This document shows positions 47,432 to 58,500 of a stretch of 64,000 bases of DNA, in pieces. The stretch spans positions 1,116,001 through 1,180,000 of the forward strand of contig JBHGNT010000002.1 in the NCBI GenBank assembly GCA_043228905.1, in the 5' to 3' direction. The translations under genes were made by a program, and so were the position numbers. The stretch comes from Azolla caroliniana (lineage: Eukaryota; Plantae; Polypodiophyta). The notes beneath the pieces were generated by a model that saw only the letters and a list, made by a program, of their open reading frames with translations, was not told the origin of the DNA and did no database searches. Positions within the stretch are counted from its first letter, which is position 1. Each line of letters begins with the position of its first letter.

Positions 47432-48344
47432 ATGCTCATGAGTAGGGACTGCGCCCTTGCATGGAAGAGACTACGGGAACCGAGACCACAAACACTAGTC
47501 GAGGATCCCAATATTTGGCACACATATACAGAGAGACTCTACCATGTCCCAAACCAACCGCCCATTCCAATACCTTCCACACCTCGACCTACCATAGGGA
47601 CACTTTTCACGACCTCTAGGGTCAGGAAGGTCATAAAAAAATTACAACATAGGAAATCCATGGACCACACAGGATTGCGAGCCGAGTATATCATATATGC
47701 AAAAGAGTGCCTATCCCCCTTTCTCACTCTAATCTTCAACCACGCCCTCGCCAAGGGTTTTCCACCATAATGGCCATGAACACAGTGACCCCTATACATA
47801 AAGGAGGGGACCCAATGGCCGAATACATATAGGACCATTATGATAGGTAATACGCTCGCTAAACTATATGGTGTAGTAATGGAAGCATAGCTCAACGATT
47901 ATATGGAAACATTAAGTCTTCGAGCACCTGAGCAGGCTGGCTTTAGACAAACCTTCTCCACTATTGACCATATATGCACACTTAGGTGCTTAATTGACTA
48001 GACGAAGGTTTGTGAGAAGAAACTATATCGTTGCTTTGTGGACTTTCGCAAAGCCTTTGACACAATTCCTAGGGAGAGGTTGTTTGATAGACTTAAAAGC
48101 TTGGAGATACCAAGTGACATGATCTGGGCCATTTATGCTCTATATGAGCAAGTCTTTGGGTGTGTGAGATGCCTAGGTAGCCTATCTTATTGCTTCACCA
48201 GCACCATTGGTGTAAAGCAGGGTTGCCCTCTATCACCGACTCTTTTTGGGTTTACATTTATGAGATCACTGATTTTATTGCTCGTAAGGGATGCAATGGA
48301 GTAACTATTGGGGGTACACAAGTTAGTCTCTTACTATACGCAGA
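47432..48344 (+). mobile_element. LINE reverse-transcriptase pseudogene, cut by the assembly gap at the YADD motif
   Basis: Motifs PIHKGG..PNTYRTIMIG, EQAGFRQTFSTIDHI, CFVDFRKAFDTIPR, GVKQGCPLSPTLFG and LLYA(D). In-frame stops at ~47768, 47888 and 47999, and a frameshift near 48255. Confidence 0.9.
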
Positions 48345-48444
48345 NNNNNNNNNNNNNNNNNNNNNNNNNNNNNNNNNNNNNNNNNNNNNNNNNNNNNNNN
48401 NNNNNNNNNNNNNNNNNNNNNNNNNNNNNNNNNNNNNNNNNNNN
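48345..48444. other. 100-N scaffold gap of unknown true size
   Basis: Exactly 100 N. Confidence 0.99.
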
Positions 48445-49109
48445 ACTCTATTTTTATTTTATTTTATTTTTACTTTTGATGAATGGGTAAATATCCCATT
48501 TTGTTGTAAACCAATTGTCTCATGGGCCAAATTTGGCCTTAGGAGACGGAAAATATATCTTTCTTTCTTTCTTTCTCTCTCTCTCTCTCTCTCCATTCAA
48601 GTATATGTGTATATATGCATGACTTTTTTTATCTCTCAAAGAGTTTCCTTATTAGTACAATTCATACTCCTCGTAGCACATCATCTTCTTAAACCTGGGC
48701 CTCTAAAATCTAAAGGATTTTGCTATTTTATTATATGTTACAATAATGCAAAACTGTCACACTGACCCAACTTCCAAAAAGCGGCTTGTGAAAGGACATA
48801 CTCAAGTCACAATGCATCATCTTCAAGATGTTCGATGTGTCCATCACGATGACATGACACCGAAGAAAGATTCCATGTAACATAAAGACAAGAAAAGTGA
48901 TAAAAGAATCATTGGAGGGTAAGTGTGACTTTGCAGATCGAGTATCGACTCGACACGAGAAAGAGTGTAGGTTGGGGTTTCAAACACCAAACACTCGAAT
49001 GTTAGGTCGAAGGCCCTCTCTCTTGGGAGTCAAGAATGGACAAATGGAAGTTGAGTCCAAACTGGGTTTCATATATTCAGCTCGCATGTAGACCCAAGCA
49101 AGGGTCGAC

Positions 49110-49435
49110 TGGTGGAATCGGTGTCGAGACTCGACTTTGACTAGACACGCGCAACAATGGAAGTCAAATCCCGACATGACCCATTGGAAGTTTGCGTGTG
49201 ACCTTGGCCTTGACCTTGACAGGTGGAATTGGTGTCGAGACTCGAGCAACAATGGAAGTCAAATCCTGACATGACCCATTGGAAGTTTGCACGTGACCTT
49301 GACCTTGACCTTGACCTCGACAGGTGGAATCGGTGTCGAGACTCGACTTTGACTAGACTCGAGCAACAATGGAAGTCAAATCCCGATATGACCCATTGGA
49401 AGTTTGCATGTGGCCTTGACCTTGACCTTGACCGG
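49110..49435. repeat. ~100-112-bp tandem repeat (3 copies) with (TGACCT)n tails, rich in W-boxes
   Basis: GGTGGAAT(C/T)GGTGTCGAGACTCG...CAACAATGGAAGTCAAATCC...GACCCATTGGAAGTTTGC...(TGACCT)n occurs at ~49111, 49222 and 49323. Confidence 0.92.
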
Positions 49436-49505
49436 TGAAAGTTGCCCAATGTGTTAGATGTGTAAGCAATGGAAGTCTTTGGAAGATGGAGGATAAGGAG
49501 TGGAA

Positions 49506-52500
49506 ATGGTGATGCTTGTTGTGATGCAGGCAAGGCATGTGCATTTTGCCACTTCCAAGGCTCTCTCATTGTGCCAAGCCAAGAGGACTCTTCCTTCTAC
49601 CCTCTGCTTCTCTCACACCATGGCTAGCGCTGCCGCACAACAAGAAGAAGCCAAGTTTGGTTCATGGAAGTCTCCTCTCACTGCTGACATCGTGGCTTCT
49701 TCTGGAAAGAAATTGGGCGGCATGGCTGTCGATGGGCGTGGATCTTTCTACTTGCTGGAAGGTCGCCCAACAGAATCTGGGTATGTTGATTCCATATCCT
49801 ATTTCTATGTTTGTGTCTACGAGTGCATGTATATGTAGGTATATACATGTACGTCTATGATTATATGTGTATATATCTTCATGATCACACGCCTGGGGAT
49901 TACATACATACATACATACATATATGTATATATATATATACATCTCTATATATATGTATATATTTCATATATATATACATATACGTATAGCTATAATATG
50001 TATATAACTACATATATATGTACGTAGATGTAGATGTATGTATTTGTCATATACATAGACACATACATACATATGTACGTGTGTATCTATAGAGATAGAG
50101 AGAGTGCTTTGCTACATATATAAGATGCCAAAAGTGGCCTATGTAATATAAGGCATCCAGGGTGAGGAAACAAAGATCAGATTCAACAGGCAAGGATAAA
50201 CAATTAGATTTTGAATCATCCTCCGGGTATCCTGAACAAAAACAAGCAACGTGATACACACAACTATGAATGGAATGCACACAAATATGAATGGAATACA
50301 CATAAATATGAATGGAACTCACATAGAGTAGATCAATTTGCATATAAGTATTCATACAACTCTTCCTCAATCTGCTACCATTGTCCTCTTGCATTCTAAA
50401 ATTAATTCAGGTTAGTTCTTCGTTGTTACATTATACTTCTTCAGTCGATCTATTCTGTTGTATGATGTATTAGGCACACCAGAAGCTTAGAGTTCTAATC
50501 TAGCTCTCTAAATTTTTACAAAGTTGATATTTAGCATGCTTTGCTGCAGACGTAATGTGCTCATTGAACAATCAAGTTCTGGGTATAAAGATGTTACCCC
50601 TCCTGAATTTAATGTGAGGACATCGGTTCATGAATATGGTGGTGGAGCTTTTACAATAGATGGAGATATCGTCATATTCTCAAACTACAAGGATCAAAGG
50701 CTCTACTTGCAATCTCTACATTGTGGTAGGTTTGCATGTATAATGGTTTGTGTCAAATCAAAAGCAAAATAAATCCAGGATTATGTATAAAATCGAGTGA
50801 TGTTCTCAGATGATAAACCTAAACCATTGACTCCTGATTACGGGGGAACCATAGTCCGTTATGCTGATGGTGTTGTTGACAGAAGGCGCAATCGGTACAT
50901 TGCAGTAAGAGAAGGTACGTCACATCATTCTTTCTGCTATCCATTGTACCACCTTTCTTAGAGGCTGGTTGCATTTGCATCTTATACGAAAATTGTTGAT
51001 AAACATAGATCAGCGCAAGGAGAATGTGGAACCTGTAAACGAAATCGTTTCCATTTCTCTCAATACAGACACAATTGAAGGTAAACCCATGAAATACTTG
51101 CTAAAGGCTTTTTCAAGCTTCAATACAGTCTGATTGATAATCTCATCATAATGAATCAGAGCCAGAGATCCTTGTAAAAGGGAATGATTTCTATTCCTTC
51201 CCACGTATAAATTCGGATGGTCGGAAGATTGCATGGATTGAATGGAGTCATCCAAATATGCCCTGGGATAAGGCCCAACTATGGATTGGCGATTTGTCTT
51301 CAGATGGGTAAAATTCCCATTCTCATGCCTCTATCTATGTGTATTTATATATACATTCCAAATGGTAAAAGATCTAGAGGAGGTCTACAATGTTTTTTCT
51401 TAACCCTAGTTCAGCACTTTTATGTCAATAAGGAAAATAAGTGCTAGATTACAAGAGTAGATTATATAAACAGATATCATAAGGTTTAGATTGTTCCTAA
51501 GTAACTATATATGTAGAGGTTCCAAATGGCAAATGATTTTTGGGTCACTGCTACATGCAGCTTGAAGTAAGTTTCAGATTAGATTATCTTAATGTATGTC
51601 ATTGTAAGCTGCTCTTGCAATCAGTGATTATTTCCCTTACTATATACAAGGGCCAAATTAAGGTTGGAAGAAAGCTTTGCAACTTCTGCACGTATTTTTC
51701 CTGCGAGCTGGGCCTTAGTGACTGCAGACACTGTTTCTGTAGTCACCTCCAATGTAATGGCAGACACTCCATTCTTGAATGCTCCATGCACCCCACCGCT
51801 CTGTTCACTGAATTTCGATCTCTGTGGAGAACCCTCCACCCCAACCTGCATATGTAAAACCTGCATCTTAGAGGATTTTTGGAAAATAATATCTCATTGC
51901 TAATTTCACAGCAACACAATTTTTCATGAGTGGCACCATTTCAAGAAGGAAAAGAGAACAATTTGACTAGACTGAGTTGGATGGAGAGACGTTTTTTGGG
52001 ATGAGATAGTTAAAAGGCTTGAAAGTTTTTATTAAAGCTTCTTGAATAGGAGCAGATCTTTCGAGGTTTTATACGTTTATGGTAAGGCATTATATGTATG
52101 CTATTCACTAAAGCGTTCCAAGATCAAGTGGTACCATATGTATGACATCTTGGTTTCCCTCCTGAGTCCTTAAGAAAGAATATGTTCAATAGAGCCATAT
52201 AGTGAAACCTGATTGCATCATATCTAGCCGAACTGCTCATTCTATGGTACCACTCTTTAGGAGTGGAACTATAGATCCAATGCAAATACAAGAAGATGAT
52301 GATTGACCATCGTTTGATTCTGGCCTTTGAGAGGTATGGACATTGCTAATTAGGCCAAGAACAATATATAGGAGATGAGGTACCACTGTCAATCACATAC
52401 TGACATGGTGTTTAGTAGGGTAAGATACATGTGAGGAGGATCTTTTTATTCCTTGTGGATTTTCATAAACTTTAGTACCATGTGCTAGGACTTACGTAAA

Positions 52501-55500
52501 GATTCCAAGCGAGTAGATTTCCTGAGGAATGAGGATATGGGCAGTTTAAGCATTATATAAGTCAAATCATATAAGGAGTTTTCAAGCAATGGCTATACTA
52601 TTGGAGCAAACCAGGTTTGCTCACAATCATCCACCCTCTTTGAGTTTGAGCTTGACGTTGACGAAGTTTCAGATTATAACTTTCATGAAGAAGGTTATAT
52701 TTTTCAAAGAAGTGCATGTGCATGTTTCAATGGACACATGCTTTTAATACTATGAATGTTTTTCCATGAAGAAATTTTTTAATTTCATGAATGAGTATTT
52801 CTTAATAATGTTACATTTTCTTATTATCAGGAAAATTGTGCAAAAACAATGCTTGGCTGGAAAAGATGGCAGTATCGAGTCTCCAACAGAGCCAAAATGG
52901 TCTCCACTAGGTAGAAACTCCATAGTTTCTGGTTAAATGTACTTTTCTTGTGGTCAAGTTAAATTGCTCTCCTTATTTTCTTCACTGCCTTCTAGGGACA
53001 CATTTGAGGTGGCCTAGAAACAAACCCCAGGAGAGTATTCCTTCTACTTCATTCTACTGAACATTGAGTTGTAGTGCATGGACCTTTGTTCGCTAGGCCA
53101 ATTTATTTAGCTCTGTTTAGAAAAAAACACGATATACACATTACTGTCTTTTATTATTTATATTGTGCAGGTGTGTGCTAGATCTGAGGGTATAGATGAT
53201 CGTTAGCATGAATTTTATGTTCTTCTTTGATTGTGTAGTTTACACTCAGATATAGTTTCTGACATTGTGAGATGAACATGCATCCCAGACCCTGGGTTCA
53301 AATAATTTCTGCATGATGCCAGCTCCTCATCAACTAGGCTTTTTTTCTCCACTTATCTTAGAAAGTCTGTGAATGATAACAGTCCAGAAGTTTTGCTTAG
53401 TATTCTACTCAGGTAACTCAATACTTAGTGGCCTTATGATCCACGGACAGTCATGCTTGCCATATGATAGCACCATCAGAAAGATTTTCCACCTATCTCA
53501 TGATTATAGGCTCAATTAGAGTGAAAAATATCCTTTTGTCATCATCCACAAACTGACAATGTCTGGATGGAAATTAGGGCAATTAATATCAGAACCAGAG
53601 GTGACATTTGGGAATCGTATACAATATTGGTGTAATAATTGAAATTATATGTAGAAAATATATGTAGAAAATATAATCCCTCAAGGGATTAAGTGAATAC
53701 TCCAAATGATCCGTTGTTTTTCTAGTGAACAAACTATCTCTAGAGTTATGTTCCATCAACAAGGTGTAGAACCATATATGATCCCCAAAAAACCATAATA
53801 AATGATGAATTGTTCTGATTTGAAAGAAACAAACTGTTATTCAATTTCAATTTTGCAGATAGTCTTTTTTACATCTCTGACAAGGAAAATGGATATTGGA
53901 ATCTCTATCGATGGGTAAAACACATTTTAACTAGTTTCTATTCTGAGCTTAGTGTAAACCAATTTAATATCAAATCATTAATGTCAAGGGTAATGTTTTA
54001 TTTTGGGTTTAGGATTCCAAAAAGGATATAATTCAGTCTCTTCTCCCTATGAAAGCTGAGTTTTCAAGGCCAGCATGGGTTTTTGGCTATAGTTCGTATG
54101 AAGTTCTGAATGAAAATACTCTTATATGCTCATACAGGTAAGTCTTAAACATCTCATTTGTTGGCAATTCTACCTTCTTAAAAATCTGTTCTGGTTTTCT
54201 GTTATGCTGCTTCTCACAACTAATAAAGAAGTTACTCTGTATGCAAATAATGTTCCCACAGGAGGTATTAGGGGGGATGTCATAGAAACACATATCATTG
54301 GAATGTTTCAATAAGAAAGATGTTTCTATAATAAATTCGAAGGAGGGGTTCTGGCAAAGAGATATAGAGAGTTAAGATGATTTATGATAGAGCACAGGAA
54401 GATTGGCCCCTTTGAAGCTGTGTGCCTCTTACCAGGGAGATGATAGGTGTTGATAAAATATGCACACCTTTAGGGTATTTATTTCCTATCTGTAATCTTT
54501 CTCTCGTGACCATTTTACTCCAATTTTATATACAGTGACAGTCCTCAACTGCAACCAAGTTTGCTGCTTTGCCAATCAAGTATCTCATAGTTTTATCATG
54601 ATGATGGTTTTTGTTGGCATAATCATAAATAAACCCCTGTATCATTCAAACAGTATATGTAACTCATTGTATGCATGATTTTATAAACTTTGGAAGGACA
54701 TTTTCCCCTTCATATCAATGCAATTGAAATTTTATGAAATGTATGCTTTCTTTCAACTCTTCTGCTTGAACTCCAACAGGAAAATGGGCAAGTCCTATGT
54801 TGGTGTATTGAACCTGCTTTCTGCCTCTCTCAAGCCCATAGATCTACCTTTCACAGAAATATATGATTTGGTATGGCTCTTTTCTCAATCTTTTCGTTTA
54901 CCATATGATCAATTACATAGCTGTTTCTCAAGCAGACTCGAAGCTCATGGAAAGAGAATGAACATGATTATGGATTGTTGGAGTTTTGTTTAGTTTATTC
55001 ACTTTGGCTTGGTTGGGGCACTGAAACTATATCGTGTTCCACTTGGTTGATTATTATCCACTTTGTTGGCATCTTGCAGGAAGCAACTTAGCGCAATGTA
55101 GTGCATTATGCATGTGTTACTGAGAACTAGTTGTGGGTGTTGCTATTTCATTTTTGGAAGCATTTGTTTGTGAAGGTTTGGAAGATTGGAAACTGTTATA
55201 AATATACACTTTTAAACAATTAGATATACCTTTTTTGACGTACAGAAGAAATATAGCCCAAATTTGAATTGGGGATTCATCCCCCTGTTGAAGAAACCTA
55301 GTTATATTCAGGGACAAGTTACTTTTCTGCAGAGGAGTGGCACAGGCCTCCTAGTTATGGATGACCCACCCTTTTCCAAACAGAAGATTGAATTTATAAT
55401 CCCATTGCATCTTAAATAGTCACAGGAAGGTAAAAATACATGGTACATACCTCCTAGTTATGGATGGCCCACCCTTTTCCAAACAGAAGATTGAATTTAT

Positions 55501-58500
55501 AATCCCATTGTATCTTAAATAGTCACAGGAAGGTAAAAACCATGGTATCTGGAAAAAGAAGATTAATTTTTATCAACAAACTAGCTAACAATCCAAACTT
55601 TATAGTAACAATCATGGTGACTGTAGAGAGAGAAACCTTCACATATTGCATTGAACATTTTCTTTATGGTTCTTTTATCTCCCCCTCTTCCCTCTTCTAA
55701 AAATTACCAAATCCTTTGCATCCTACAAAAATAATAAGGCCTTGTAATCCTCTTCTCGGAAAGTTAGGATTTTTTTTCCATTTCAATAAGAGGATTTGGA
55801 ATCTCACTGTACGGAAACTTATATGTTTACTGTGCCAATGGCGAATAAATCTAATAATTGGTTATAATCCAATCGAATTGGCTAATTCCATCTCAGTGAT
55901 GTGAATTACAACAAATATCCATAGGGATGTTGCACAGCTTGGTAGCGCATTTGTTTTGGGTACCAGATGCTGCAGGCTCAAATCTTGTCATCCCTATTTT
56001 ATTATCTGTATGCTTAGTAGTTTGGATATAACACCCTATTTATCATAAAAATTAATTCCTTGTTTAAATGGAAGAATAATAGACGGTGAGGGTGGGCCTT
56101 TTTGATGTCCTGCCAACCCTAAACTTCCAAAGAAAGAAAAATCCTAGCCAGTGATGGAGAAGCACCTTTAACTCAGTTGGCTTTTCTACTATGCCTCTGA
56201 GAGGGTGGGGATTAGAAACTATTGGTTGATCATTTATCCATACCAATTATGGGGAGGGGGACAACCAACCATGATCAGGCATGGTTGGAGTTGATCACAT
56301 GATGCAGGCACGCCCACCCCCAAAACAAAGGATTCTGAAGCTCCCTGCACTATCCAAATGCTATCAAAATGAAATGTCTGAGAAATCTGAATGGCTTTTG
56401 GATTCAGGGGCAGCTGAAAAGAAAAAGAAGTCTGATTATCTGTTCAACAAAACTCCATACAACCTTAGTGGTAGAGCAGTGAGCTGTTAAAGGATTGATT
56501 GTAGGTTGGAGTCCTATCGGGGGTAGATGTCATAGGTCACATGGTTCAGTAAAAATCCTTGCCTTTTTCCTTGGTAGCTCAGCGGTAGAGCAGTCATTGA
56601 TCGTAGGTTGGATTCCTAGATGTCATAGATCACATGGTATAGCTAATCCATAATGAGTGAATTAGAAGGGAAAGACCCCAAGGAGGCTTTAGATGGGATA
56701 GCTCATACTATGTGTCAGGTTTTTCTCGCCCTTTTGATCAGAGTTTGTCTTTCACGTGCATCTCCACCTATATCTGGTACAACAGCAGTACACATCCTAG
56801 ATTAGATTTTCTTTGATAATTCATTCCTATCAAAATGTCCTGTTAGGAGACGTCCAACTCATTATCTTTCCACATCTGAAGGCTGCCTGAAGTATTTGGG
56901 ATTTGTACACGGACTTTTTTCATGTAATTATGGAACTTGGAACTCATGAAAGTATTGACAGCAAGTCATCAGACAACAAATGCTGCAGCTTTGTGTGATT
57001 CTCAACCTCCCAAGAGACCTCTTCAGGGAAGATGCTGGATATATGCAGATGGCAAGGGACTCCTTTGAATAGGGGGCGAGTGCATACAGGATCTTTGCAG
57101 AAACAGAAGAGACTTCTTGACATGTACGAGTCAGGATTACCTAGTATTGTGTGACAATATAGCAGCTGTCCTCAGCATGAAGGATAGAAATTGATTAAAC
57201 ATTTAATCTCGGACACTCTTTAATATTCAAGTATACACATTCTCTCGTAGGTGTTGTGGTCTGCTTAGGAGGATGCAAGTCATCATTGCTGTCTATTGCA
57301 CGTGACTTCGCAGGTGGATTACAACGATTAAAAATGGTTTCGTTGGGAGGAGACCTGTGAGCAAGTTCATGGCACATTTCATTTGTTTACTTCTCTCTAG
57401 TATTTGGATCCCTTTAGTTTGTAATAGGTTACTTGTTCCTCAACTTTAGATTATATCTGATACTCATATCATGTATCAGATGGTGATTTTTACTTTGTCT
57501 TCTTAGCTCATTTTGGCCAAATGTTAATATCAAATTTCATTTCTGTGCATGTGTATGTTGTCTTCTAATATGGCTGTGGATTTCTGCCCTGCAGATCTTG
57601 AATGGAGATAATCTTTACATCCAGGTGGCATCATCATCCAATCCACTTTCCATTATTAAGGTTTGTTTCTTTCATATTGATGGACCCATATTTGTTTTTC
57701 GGGATGAGTGGATGGAGAAAAATGAATTTGTTTTGTGTTAAGGATCAGTTATAATATACATTTAAATGATTAATATGTATCTTTCTATCCAAGAGGTTGT
57801 CATCAGTAATATGAACCTTCATCAAGTGCAGATTTCACATTGATCATGCTGTCAAAAATTGAATGAAGCTCATATTGTGATTATTATATAACTTTCTGTC
57901 TGAGAGTTTGCCATCAGGAATATGAACATTCATCAAGTGCAGATTTCACATTGATCATGCAAACTTTAGCATAAGTACTGTAAAAAATTGAATGAAGCTC
58001 ATCTTGTGATGTATCAGAATCAGCCAGTTTCTAGTCCATATTTGATCTCAAATAGGTTTTGAACTACAAGCTCTATTCCAATAGATAATCCCCTGGAAAA
58101 TCTGCCTTCTTATGCTCTGAAATTAGATCTGAATGGGGATTTTCCATGTCTTCATTGAGTTCAATTTTGAAGAATTATTTTGGTAATCATAGGCTTGAAC
58201 TGGAGCTCATATTTTGAAATAATGGATATATAATCTAGAGCATCTGTACAAAAACTGTAATTCTCCATCTTAAAGTTTTCATTTTGGTTTGCTGAAGGTA
58301 GAAGCAATTTGTTGATTCACAAAATATTCATTAAAATTGTTTGAAAGAGAAATTATCAGTTGATCTTGATTCTTTACTGTGCCAGAGTCTTTCTCCTGAG
58401 CAATTTGGATAACGTTCATTGGTTAATACAGGTTGATCTCCCGACTGCCATTAAGGGAACCCCTGAGTATTTATTTGTCTGGTCATTGACATCATTGAAC

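Noticed and set aside
46380-48344. One intact LINE spanning both fragments
   Set aside because: The fragments are on opposite strands and both are disrupted, and the gap hides the remainder.
55923-56618. Functional nuclear tRNA genes
   Set aside because: The sequences are organelle-type with broken stems, an altered T-loop and a deleted anticodon arm.
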